The notes beneath the pieces were generated by a model, which saw only the letters and a list, made by a program, of their open reading frames with translations, made no database searches and was not told where the DNA came from. 64,000 nt of DNA, taken from assembly GCA_012295275.1 (NCBI GenBank), contig CM022678.1, positions 3,038,001 through 3,102,000 on the forward strand. Direction: 5' to 3'. Numbering within the stretch: the first letter of the stretch is position 1; every line of letters starts with the position of its first letter. A program made the position numbers and the translations under genes. This stretch comes from Chrysomallon squamiferum (taxonomy: Eukaryota > Animalia > Mollusca). Below, piece after piece: positions 1-11,838 of this stretch.

Positions 1-221
1 TTCCTTTGAACCTGTATCCTAAGGAACCTTTTCAAGTGTATTATTGTTTTAAATTTGATTCTTTAATAAAAGAAAAAAGTGCTAAATTTTAGGATAAGGT
101 TATTATTAATAATAACAATATCAAATATGACAATAACAACAATAATAGTATCAACAACATTATAAAAACAGTAAGAGGTATTATTATTATTATTATTTTT
201 TGTTTACTTTCCATAAACTAG

Positions 222-671
222 GTGGATCTGGAGGTGGTAATGCTGCAGCAGGGGGACAGGCTAAACACACCCATCTTGTTGGACCAGCTCCTGATTATGG
301 TTCTCTCTATCTTCCCAAGGAGTTTGGAGGGAGTGGAGGGGATGGAGGGGGTGCAGGTGCAGAAACAGATGCCCGCTGCACTCTTCATCAAAAGCAGCAA
401 GGGGGGAGAGGTGGGGGAGTCATTCAGATAGAGGCTGAAGAGATTCAGTTGGATGGAGAACTCAGATCCAATGGTGTGGCAGGGTCAGGTCCGAGAGCTG
501 GGGGTGGTGCAGGTGGGAGTGTCCTGCTAATGACAGAGAAGTTGAGGGGGTTGGGAACAGTGTCAGTCAAAGGTGGACCAGTGGCTGAGGGGTCAACGAC
601 ATGCAGAGGTGGTGGTGGTGGTGGTGGAAGGGTGGCTGTGTATTACCTGGCTGAAGGAAACATGTTTAAAG
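222..671 (+). CDS. Exon 1 (in window), Gly-rich repeat
   Basis: ctag|gtgga ... aaag|gtaag, phase 1/1; YGSLYLPKEFGGSGG, GGGAGGSVLL, GGGGRVAVY. Confidence 0.9.
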
Positions 672-937
672 GTAAGTTGTAAATATTACTATTTTTTTTA
701 AAATTCTATTTAGATTCTGAATATCTTTTTAATTAATAATTGTTTTGTTTTAAGAATAACATTTTTGTCAGTGTCTGTAAACATTATCTGATATTATATA
801 CATGTTTGTTTGATTAATTAATTGGTTAATTTTGCTACTTTCTCACTTTTTAGTTATGCAGTTCTATTTATTTATTTGTTTATTTGTTACTTTTTTTTTT
901 CTTCTTTTTTTTTATTATCTATTTATTTGTTTATATA

Positions 938-970
<33 letters not shown>

Positions 971-1211
971 TATATTTACTTACTCATTTCCTTACTTACA
1001 ATTTTTTTATTTTTTTTTATTTTTTTTTATATCTCTACTCCATGGTAAACTAAACTCATTTTCATTCATATACTTCTATATCTGTGACTCTCTATTATTT
1101 AACTAACTAATTAATTAACTTGTTAAATAATATATGGATATAAGTATATATAAACAAATAAAAACTTTAATTCATTTATTCATTCATTCATTATTACACT
1201 TTTTTTTGCAG

Positions 1212-1755
1212 GAAAAGTCTTAAGTCATGGAGGTGGTGCTGCCTATGAATGTGGAGGAGCAGGAACACAAATTTGGCACAATAAAAACCAGACAGGATAT
1301 GACCTCATAGTGGACAACAAACACACCTGTCTTCCCATCAACTCTCGTGTTGACTTTGGCATTCTATCAGATGAGCATCGCGGTGAACACAGCTTTCACA
1401 CATGGCTCTACGACCCTCCCAGTGGCCATAATCACAACTTCCAGGCCGTGACACTGGCTGGCAGTGCTCACGTAGCACTACATCGTCGCAACATTGACGA
1501 CTTTCAGCAGACGATGCATGTTGAAAAAACAGCTGGGGACAAAACTGGAATGTTCCACATTGGTCCAAAGCAGTTGTTTATTGCTGAATTGCCTAAAGAA
1601 AGTCCTGATTTGATGTTCGGGTTGGTGTCATATCCAGGGGGGACAATTCAGATGGGGGCAACCCTGGTTGTTAACAACATAGAGTTAGATCTTCAGGGTA
1701 TCTTGGCAGGAGTCGAGAATCTTATCATTGGTCCAAAGGGCAAGGTCATTCTTAG
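1212..1755 (+). CDS. Exon 2
   Basis: gcag|gaaaa ... cttag|gtttg, phase 1/2; GGAGTQIW, GDKTGMFHIG. Confidence 0.9.
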
Positions 1756-1778
1756 GTTTGTAATTTTATTTTTCTTCT

Positions 1779-1819
<41 letters not shown>

Positions 1820-1859
1820 TTATTATTATTATCATTATTATTATTGCTAGTATTATTAC

Positions 1860-1899
<40 letters not shown>

Positions 1900-2560
1900 G
1901 CTGTTATTATTACTATCATTATCATCATCATCATTTTTATATTTTTGTCTGTTTCTGTGTGTTTGTTTCTTTGTTTGTACTAAAGATTTACAAATCCAAC
2001 TAATTTGTAAACAGAAATTAAAAGATAAAGTTTGAACAGAATGTTAATATAAAAATAATAATCTATCAACACGAAAAAGACTGTATTGCCACTTAGACTA
2101 CATTTTTATTTATCATAAAATTCAAAACAGTAGTCAGTTAGTTAATATTCATATACTGGATATCACAAAGGTTCACAACAAAAAACATTGCCACATAGGT
2201 TATTGTTTTATATGCAATAAAGTAAAAGTTATTGTTTTACATATCACAAAAAACAAAAAACAAAAACATTATTTCTACATAGATTATTGCTTTATATGCA
2301 GTAGAACTAGAAAGCACTGCCATATAAGTTATTATTTTATATATCATAATAGATAAGGAGAAAACATCACCAAATAAGATATTATTTTATAGATCATGAA
2401 AATTAAAAAGAAACTACTGGCACATAAGTTATTATTTTATACATCGTAATATTTAATAAAAACCAATCATTACATGGGTTATTATTTTACTTATAACACA
2501 CAGCTATGAAAATCACTTTTTAAGTTAATTTGATTTATAATTAAATGTTATCATTTTCAG

Positions 2561-2786
2561 GCCACATGGAAATATTTCCACAGATGTGAGCAACGAAATA
2601 CAATTTACAAATATCAAAATTCAAGGTGGTGGCAGCATTATTATCAACAGCAGTGGCAATGGCATGATGCTGAAGGGGTCAGTGTTGCACATAGAGAGTG
2701 GTGGTGTCCTAGAGGTTGATGCTGTTGTTATTGATGTTAAGCAGATAATCTTGGATGACTCTGGCCTCATAAAATCTGATGCAAAG
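2561..2786 (+). CDS. Exon 3
   Basis: ttcag|gcca ... aag|gtaaa, phase 2/0. Confidence 0.88.
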
Positions 2787-3017
2787 GTAAAACACCAGGA
2801 TAATATTTATGTATATCTCTATTTATATCTATATTTATATCATTCTTTCATTCATTCAAGAACTGAAGGCTATTTGAAATGTTTCATCACAACTTTATAA
2901 ATATATTCCTTGGATCCTTTTCATTAAATACCAATCCATTTCATACTTTAGAATCTATTTCATTACCCCATTTTCATTACATACCAGTCCATTCGATACT
3001 ACATTTTTTTTTTGCAG

Positions 3018-3225
3018 GCTGTTCTAGATGGTGTAGGGGTGGGTGAAATAGGAGGTGGGGCATCACATGGGGGTCAAGGTGGTGCACATAGAGACAGTAA
3101 AACAGGTCTCTACTATGGCAACGTTCTGCGCCCAGACCAGCCAGGAAGTTGTAGCAGGACAGATACATACAGAGCTCTGGGTGGAGGTGTGATCACTATC
3201 AAAGCTGTTGAAACACAACTTGATG
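3018..3225 (+). CDS. Exon 4
   Basis: gcag|gct ... gatg|gtcag, phase 0/1; GGASHGGQGG, YGNVLRPDQPGS. Confidence 0.88.
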
Positions 3226-3304
3226 GTCAGTTGATTATTTTCTTTATTCTTTTAGTTAGGAACATATATAAATTCTCCAAACTTTATATATATATATATA
3301 TATA

Positions 3305-4072
3305 CAGTGGTACCTTGACTTACAAGTGCTGCAACTTACGAGTTTTCTGAGTTATGAGCAGTTGTGTGGTGGAGTTTTGCTTTGAGTTGCGAGCCAAAAT
3401 CCAAGTTATGATCGAGCTTCATATACACCGCCACTAGCTGGTGCAATGAACAACACAACATCTGGCCAGCAACCCACGTCTCACTCGTTTACTTTGTGTG
3501 GTTACCTTGCCGCGGAATCATCTCTGTTGTGCTGTGTTCCCATTTTGTGCAGTATTTTGCCAAATTTCTTTTTTCTGACCATGTATAATAAGAAAGTGAG
3601 TCCAAAAGACAGTGCTGAGAAGAAGAATCAGATGATGACCATTGAATTAAAGCATGAAATCATTGAAAAATATGAGGGAGGATGCATGTAGTTGATTTGG
3701 CTACACAGTACTAGCTTAGTATCATGCTGAAGCAGAAGGAGTTGATAAAGGCTGTAACCCCAGCCAAAAGCATTAAAATAATGTCTGATCTCCATGAAAA
3801 ATTCACTTTACAAAACCAGTTTATTTCTTTACATTCTCTTCTATTTTTTTAATTTATTATTTTTTTTTACAATATTTTTCATTTAGAAATGCATTTTTCT
3901 TATTTAAAAACACTATAAAAAATCAAAAAAATCTAAACATTTAGATGGTTTTGGGGGGCTAGAATGGATTAATGGTATTTCAGTTAATTTCAGTTGGGAA
4001 TATTGATATGAGCAGATTTGAGTTTGAGCTTGGTCATGGAATGAATTAAATTCATAAGTCAAGGCACCACTG
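3305..4072 (+). mobile_element. Tigger/pogo-type (Tc1/mariner superfamily) non-autonomous DNA transposon with TIRs and transposase N-terminal remnant
   Basis: TA|CAGTGGTACCTTGACTTA ... TAAGTCAAGGCACCACTG|TA (17/18 inverted match, TA flanks). Internal KKVSPKDSAEKKNQMMTIELKHEIIEKYEGG (about 3590-3685) resembles the Tigger/CENP-B N-terminal HTH and is truncated by a stop. Confidence 0.85.
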
Positions 4073-4078
4073 TATATG

Positions 4079-4112
<34 letters not shown>

Positions 4113-4132
4113 TGTATTGGTGTGTGTATATA

Positions 4133-4168
<36 letters not shown>

Positions 4169-4430
4169 TACAAATTAAATGAATTAAAATATATAAATTC
4201 GGATGAGAAGTTTTTATTTATTTGTTTTTTTGTTTATTATTATTCATTTACTTATTTAGTTACTTATTTACTTATGCATGCATACATACATACATATATA
4301 CATACATACATACATACATACATACATACATACATACATACATACACACATACAGACACACACACCCATACAGACACACACACACCCATACAGACACACA
4401 CAACCCATACACACACCTACATACATAGAT
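4073..4430. repeat. (TATG)n / (CATA)n / (CA)n microsatellites
   Basis: Directly visible tandem repeats. Confidence 0.9.
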
Positions 4431-4983
4431 ATAAATATATAGACTGTATCTATTTATGTTTTTATTTATTTATTTACTAATTGTCTTTTTATTTCTTTAA
4501 TTTTTTTCATATGTTAATATTAATTATTAATTTTTAAAAATCTTTTTATATTTGTTTACAAAGATTGTATAATAATTTAAATTTATCTTAAATTAAATAT
4601 TTTAATTTTTATGTTTGTGCATATGTCTATTTATCTTTCTGTATTATATATGTTTTTGTGTCTTTGTATGTATTTTATTTGTATAGATATGTATATATTT
4701 GTATGAATGGGTGCTTATGTTTATGGTTATATGCTTGTATCTCCATACTTTGCTTATGTGTATGATTTGTGTGTTTTGTTTCTCTGTCTTTAGGTATACA
4801 TATGTGTTTGTCTCTGGATACCTATTTTTGTGGTTTTGTGCATGTATCTGCATATGTGTCAATGTATGTCAGCATGTGTATGTTTATGTGTGTACATTAC
4901 TGTATTTTGTTTCTCTGTAGATATATGTACAAATATTGTTCAGATAAAAAATAAATTATATTCATTTAATTGTGTTAACTCAG

Positions 4984-5106
4984 GTAAAATATCATCAAAC
5001 GGAGCATCAGGTGAGAAGGGTACAGGTGGTGCTAGTGGTGGGAGTATTCTTCTAGAAACAGAGACACTTTATGGCAAAGGTTCTTTGGAAGCCAATGGTG
5101 GTGATG
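4984..5106 (+). CDS. Exon 5
   Basis: tcag|gtaaa ... gatg|gtatg, phase 1/1; GGASGGSILL. Confidence 0.88.
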
Positions 5107-5427
5107 GTATGTACTTTGTTATTTGTTTTGTCTGTTCATTTTAAAATTATTTTTATTTGTAAAGTTTAAGTTGTTTTTATCATTGTGTTTGTGTAATGTG
5201 AGTAAGGTGATGTTGGATGTTAGAGTGCTCAAACCTGGATTTATCATTGTTGAATCATCCCATTTGTAAATAACCCATTCCAACCAGAGAATGTGTACCG
5301 AATGTTGTTTTTCTGTTGCTGATATAGTCCTTGTTGGAAACCTAATTACAGATTGATATGTCTCTGAAAAACTTTATTTTAATGTTGTAATATGCTATTA
5401 GAAGATTATTCCTTTGTCTGTCTATTC

Positions 5428-5660
5428 TATCCATCCATCCATTATTCTATCCATCCATCCACCCACCCATCAATTTATCGACCCACACATCCATTTATCC
5501 TTCCTATCTTCGATTGATTGATCCATCCATCCATTCATCCATTCTTCCACTTTTCCATTCATCCAGCCATCCCTTCATCAACCCAGCGAATTATCTACCA
5601 TATCCTAACCTATCCATCCATTCCACTAGCCCTCCATCCATCCACGCATCCATCCATTCA
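5428..5660. repeat. Degenerate (TCCA)n microsatellite
   Basis: Repeated atcc/tcca units. Confidence 0.8.
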
Positions 5661-5747
5661 TTATCTGTTGCATCCAAAATGATTTTTTTCAAGTATATGT
5701 GTGTGTGTGTGTGTTTGTGTATATATATTTCTTAATTCTGCTTCCAG

Positions 5748-5941
5748 GAACAGCAACTACTGGGGGAGGTGCTGGGGGACGAATTGCAGTGTACTACACA
5801 ACAGGGGAGTTTACTGGAGAACATTCAGCAAAGGGTGGAACATCAAACCTTGCTGTGGGTGGGCCTGGAACAGTTTATGAAGAACAGAGGAACAAACAGA
5901 GAACACTAACAGTGAAGAACATTCCTGGAGTACCACGACAG
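5748..5941 (+). CDS. Exon 6
   Basis: ccag|gaaca ... cag|gtgac, phase 1/0; GGGAGGRIAVY, GGPGTVY. Confidence 0.9.
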
Positions 5942-6170
5942 GTGACTTTTAAACTGATTTGTTCTGTTTTGATATGTTGAGTGTATGTTTATTTAACTAT
6001 TATATACTTAAGTTTATTTAATAAGCATTTGCATACATTTGTTTTTATCTCTTTGCAATTGAATTTATGTATTTATTTTAATTTTCTGTATGATTTTGTA
6101 TTTGTGTATACAAGTTGGATTTGTTATCGTATAAGTATGCATAAAATAGATGTCTTTGTTTGGATGCATA

Positions 6171-6204
<34 letters not shown>

Positions 6205-6325
6205 GGTGTGTTTGTTTGTTTGTGTGTGGTCTGTGTGTGTCTGTATATATATATATATATCTTTGAGTATGTTCATTTTCAAACATTTGATAAACTGATA
6301 TAAATATCTATAATGTTTTACTAAG

Positions 6326-6992
6326 AATCTCATCAATGACTACAATGAGGACATCATAAGAAGACAAGATGGAGGGCGAGCTTGGCTCACTCTTAAAGAC
6401 ATCCAAAACATGACACTTGACAAACTACACCTTGACAGCGGCGCTCACTTGGCCATTGAGCCAGTCAAAAGTCCTCTTCATCCAGTCACACTCTCAGTCC
6501 AAATTCTTACTGGATCCATGGATCTCCATGATAGGTCTAAGATTGGATCACTCCATATTGGTCCATATCAGACAGTGACAATCCAGAGAGTGGATCTGTA
6601 TCTTGCAGTCAACTTTCACGTCTATCAAAAAGGAACATTAAATCTGCCGAGTGAGGTCAAACTTTACAACACCAACAACACCCTCCATGGCCTCTTGGGA
6701 GGAGTACAGCATTTAAAGATGGTTCGGTCAGTTTTAGAGATTGGACCAGAGTCTCAGACAGTGGGTGTGTCCACTCAGGGTCATCTTCTGCTGTCATCCA
6801 TGTCCCTCCTGTCCAGTTCTGAGGTCATCTACAAAGGATTAAATCAGAATCAGCTGTCAGTGTTGATGTTGTATGTGGGGCCATCATGCACAATGTCAGC
6901 AGCCAGTCTCACTGTTGAAGCAACAGAAATTAAAGTAGATGCTGGTGGAAAGATCAGTGCCAGTGAGTCAGGTGAAATTGCTGCTGGTGTTG
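6326..6992 (+). CDS. Exon 7
   Basis: ctaag|aat (AAG acceptor) ... gttg|gtaag, phase 0/1; in frame with ORF 6410. Confidence 0.82.
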
Positions 6993-7562
6993 GTAAGTGT
7001 CACAACAAACAAATACTATTGTTAAAACTTATTTTTATTTAATTTACATTAATTTAAGTCAGAATGTGAAAAAAAAAAAAAGAAAAAAAAGAAAGAAAGT
7101 TTTTAGAACTATCCAGTGATTTAATTAAATTTACCAAGATTAAATTCACAACATTACAGTAATAATAATAATAATAATAATAATAATAGCCCATAATAAT
7201 AATAATAATCATAATAATAATAAAAATAATTGTAGTAATAATAATAGCAATAATTATAATAATAACAATAGCAATAATAACAATAACAATAATAACAAGA
7301 AAAAGAATAACTACAACAATAATATAATAAAAATATAATAATAAAAATAGTAATCAGTTTTTACTTGATCTTGCTTTTTATTTTTCTTTCCATTAAGAAA
7401 TGAATAAGTAACATGCATTCAGGTACCTCTTAAAATATATATGTTCATCTTTCTTTTTTCTTTCTTTCTTTCTTTCTTTCTTTCATTCTTTCTGTTTTTC
7501 TTTAGTTCTTTCTTTCTGTTTTTCTTTCTATCATTCTTTCATTTCTTCTTTTTTTCTTTCAG

Positions 7563-7755
7563 GATATGCTGGAGGCAGTGCTGGGGCCAGTCATGCTGGA
7601 GAAGGTGGAGCTTCCTCTGGATCAACTCGTGGCAAAGTGTACGGAGACTTCCGCAAGCCCACTGAGATGGGTTCTGGTGGCAAACTGACAAAACCAGGAG
7701 GAGTGATACATTTGCAGGCATCCACCTTGACAGTAGCAGGAAGCATTGAAGCCAA
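7563..7755 (+). CDS. Exon 8
   Basis: tcag|gata ... gccaa|gtttg, phase 1/2; GASHAGEGG, YGDFRKPTEMGSGG. Confidence 0.88.
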
Positions 7756-8115
7756 GTTTGTACTAGCATAATTTTGAATAATTAAAAATAATGTGTGCAG
7801 TTATCTAGCTCAGACCCAGATACTTCATCTTAAGTACATTTAAATAATTTATTATAATGATTTATTTATATAATTTTTGTTAATAATAATTATTATTATT
7901 ATAGCAACAACAAAAGTAATAACAGCAACAATAACAATAACAATGATGACAAGAGCAACAAATATTAACATAATAATTGTAATTGAATTTTTATCCAATT
8001 ATGAATTATTTATTTAAATTTTTAAGTTAAAATAATAAAAATAATGATAGAAATAATACAGCTAATTAAATTCATCAAGATTAAATTTACAAAATAAAAA
8101 ACACAACACCATAAC

Positions 8116-8167
<52 letters not shown>

Positions 8168-8414
8168 CAATATTAATAACAGTATAATAATAATAGTAAA
8201 AAAACAATAATACTAATATATAATAGTAGTAGTAGTAGTAATAATAATAATATTGTTATTATTATTATTTCTAAACTGAATTTTACATACTTTAAGAAAA
8301 GCAAAAAGACAAAAAACGTTTTGACTTCATAAAAGTCCTGTGGATCCTGTCATTCACTTTTCATTGATTTTGACATCATAGAAATTATATTTGTTATTTT
8401 GTTTTTATTTTTAG

Positions 8415-8497
8415 TGGGGCAGGATCCACTGACTCATCCAGTGGGGGTGCATCTGGAGGCAGCATCTTGCTACAAGCTGAACATGCTGACATCACAG
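8415..8497 (+). CDS. Exon 9
   Basis: ttag|tggg ... acag|gtaaa, phase 2/1; GGASGGSILL. Confidence 0.87.
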
Positions 8498-8565
8498 GTA
8501 AACATATTCTGTGTTGAAGTTCATAACAATAAATAAATAAATAAAGATTGATATATAGATAGATA

Positions 8566-8566
<1 letters not shown>

Positions 8567-8641
<75 letters not shown>
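8567..8641. repeat. (CA)n microsatellite
   Basis: Perfect AC run. Confidence 0.95.
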
Positions 8642-8645
<4 letters not shown>

Positions 8646-9051
8646 TACATACATATTTATATAAAAAAGCTAATTTCACTTCCATTGGACTTTTTCAAAT
8701 TCTGGTGTCATATTCTTTATATACATGTAACAAATATTTTGGAGATAAAGGGTAAAAAAAAAAAAAAAAGTTGATATTTATATCTCTTAAAATTGCTGTG
8801 TCACAAATTCCAAATTGACAGGGTGCTGGTTATAGAAAATTAATCAGACAAGTATGTTGTTAAATGAAACAAAATGTATCTTGTAGTTTCTGATATACAT
8901 AAAGGTTATTTTATATATAATACATCAGTTTGTATGATTATGCTTAGTATATCATTAAAATAAAAAGTTTTTGACTTGTATTACTGAAAGAATTTGTTTT
9001 ACATGACAACATGAATATTTGAAGATAATATGAAGGTATACACACTTTCAG

Positions 9052-9239
9052 GAGTTATCCATGTCAATGGCGGGTCTGGACACAGTTCTGGTGGGGGTGG
9101 AGGTGGTGTCATTGCTGTTGTATACAATGATGGCAGGGTTGCTGGAGAACTGACAGCATATGGTGGAGATGGCAATGATGCTGGTGCAGCAGGCACTGTG
9201 TTTACTGAAGAGACAAATGACAACTTTTCCTACAGAAAG
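9052..9239 (+). CDS. Exon 10
   Basis: tcag|gagtt ... aag|gtttt, phase 1/0; GGGGGGVIAV, GAAGTVF. Confidence 0.88.
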
Positions 9240-9420
9240 GTTTTGTATTTTTCTCTGTAGATTTTATATATATATATATCCATTACAACTCTTACTCCTG
9301 TAATGAACTTTCCTCACTTGTAGGAAGGTATATCTGACAAAAAGAATAAAATAATGACAGCATTAATTCTCCTCAGAATATATATCTGTATTGAGAATTA
9401 ACTTATAGATAAACTCAGAA

Positions 9421-9463
<43 letters not shown>

Positions 9464-9509
9464 CAAACTAGTCTAAAAAGAGTAAAGCAGTATACAATTC
9501 ATTTTGCAG

Positions 9510-10371
9510 GTGGCTGCTAGAAACAGTCACATCACAGATGCAGAGACGAAGCTGGTAGTTTCAGATCAAGAAAACATGATTGAACTCGAAGAATTCTTCA
9601 TTGGCCAGGACACAAAGTTTGCATTCATATCCCGTACTTCTTCATCACCACTTATTGTCCACATTGCAGTGATGACCGGTGACACCAACAGTCACCTTTC
9701 AGTAACCGATGGCAACAACGTGTACATTGCCACACAGATGCAAGGTCAGCTGAAGTCAATGGATTTGAAGGTCAGCATTTCTGTTGAAACAAAGGGTATT
9801 TTGGAACTTCCGAGAAAGGTTGTGGTCAAAAAGGGAACTGTTCTTGATCTTTGTGGTGGTTTAATGTCAAATACTGCTGATGTAGTTGTAGAAGATGGAG
9901 GAATGTTGAAGGCTGCTTTTCCAGCTTGGACAAAATTGGATGGGTCAGCCAAATCCACCTTGGGAGTCATCAAACTCAACTCATTACAGATAGACACCAA
10001 TGGACTGGAAAAGTCCCAAAACTGTGAAACACAGTCTAAAATCAAGCTGGACTTAAATTTCTTGAACAGAACTATCCCATTTCAACTGGACACTTCTGCT
10101 TTTCTGTTGTCTGAAGGAGTGACCTTGGTTGTACTTGACCCAGATATTCCACCATCACAGAACACCTCCTGCCCTCTTGATTTTACTGAAGATATGTCAC
10201 AGGGTCAGTCTGAAGTGGTTATTTACAAAGGTCAAAAGTGCAGTTTATCTACAGGAACACATACCTTTAAAAGCCTGAGGCTGGAGGGTGGAGCAGAATT
10301 GAAACTACTTGGTGATGAGACTGGATCACAGAAAACAGAGATACATGCAGAAATATTAGAAATAATAACAG
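9510..10371 (+). CDS. Exon 11
   Basis: gcag|gtg ... acag|gttag, phase 0/1. Confidence 0.88.
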
Positions 10372-10599
10372 GTTAGTGCTTGTATCATCATCATCAATAT
10401 GATTGAATTTACTGTTATTATTATTAATATTGCTAATGTTATTATTATTACACATTATTATTGTTGTTATTATTTTATTATTATATTATTATTATATTTA
10501 TTATTATTATTATATTATGTTTATTGCTACTGCATATATTATTACTATTATTATTACACATTATTGTTGTTGTTATTATTATTATTATTATTATTCTAG

Positions 10600-10899
10600 G
10601 AGCAAGAATCACTGGGGTGGGTACTGGATTTTCATCTAATGGTCCTGGAAGTACCAGTGCATCTGACAGTGGGGCATCTCATGGTGGGGCTGGTGTTGGC
10701 AACATAAAACCCCCTTATGGCAGCATCGTCATGCCAATGGAATATGGTAGCAATGGCAAGAATGGGGTTGGTGGAGGGCAGGTCCACATTACAGGGGGTC
10801 AAGCTAATATTGATGGAATCATTGATGTGAGTGGTGGAGGACTAGGGGGTTCCAGTGGTGGAAGTATTCTAATGGAAGTCACTAAATTTACTGGAAGAG
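10600..10899 (+). CDS. Exon 12
   Basis: ctag|gagca ... agag|gtttg, phase 1/1; GASHGGAG, YGSIVMPMEYGS. Confidence 0.88.
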
Positions 10900-11221
10900 G
10901 TTTGTAATAATTATTTAACTATATTATTATTGTTGTTGATGTTGTTGTCCAGTTTACAATTATGCTCAGCCAAACAGTTCCAGTCAAAGGTTTCTTTTTC
11001 TTTGTGTTTTTCTTCTTTTAGGTTTTTTCTTAGATAAAATAAAAATATACTATTTATTTTTTTTTACTTTTGCTATTATTGGTGATGTTCTTCTTATTAT
11101 TAACTATTGTTATTATTATTATTATTATTATTAACTATTATCGTTATTATTATTATTAATGTTTATTATTAATGATATAATTGATGTGATTGTTAAAAAC
11201 ACATTTTATAACATTATTCAG

Positions 11222-11356
11222 GAACTTTGCTGGCTAATGGAGGATCTGGGGGAGGTTCTGGGGGTCGCATTGCTCTAAACATCAGCAGTACCTACCAGTT
11301 TAGTGGAGGTCTGTTCGTGAAAGGGACACAACTGGAAAACAAAACAGCAACTGCAG
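11222..11356 (+). CDS. Exon 13
   Basis: tcag|gaact ... gcag|gtgaa, phase 1/1; GGGSGGRIAL. Confidence 0.88.
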
Positions 11357-11838
11357 GTGAATTTGTCTACTATGTGTTTTAGTGTATGTTGTGTGTGTAG
11401 CATGTATATTTTTCTGACTGTATTTGTGTAGTGTATATAGTGTTTGAATATTTGTTGTGTTTGTATTTCTTTGTATTCATGTGGTGTATTTATTGTATAT
11501 TGTGTATGTGTATGTTGCATATGTGTATTTGTGTATGTTTGTAATTCTATGAATATATCGTGTGTTGTATGTGTGTGTATTAGTATGTTGTATGTGTTTT
11601 TGTGTGTATGTGTAGTGTGTATTTCTGTGTACATACTTAATTTTCTTTTATAGTTTACATCAATTCACAAATCCTCATTTTTAACATTCACATGATGTGT
11701 ATATATCTTTGTCTGTCTGAATGTATGTATATGTATGCATTCTTCTTAAATATCTGTTTTTCATGACATAAGACTATTTAATAACACTTAAAGTATTTAA
11801 TGGTTTCTGATAAAATAAACTTCTATATTTTCATTCAG

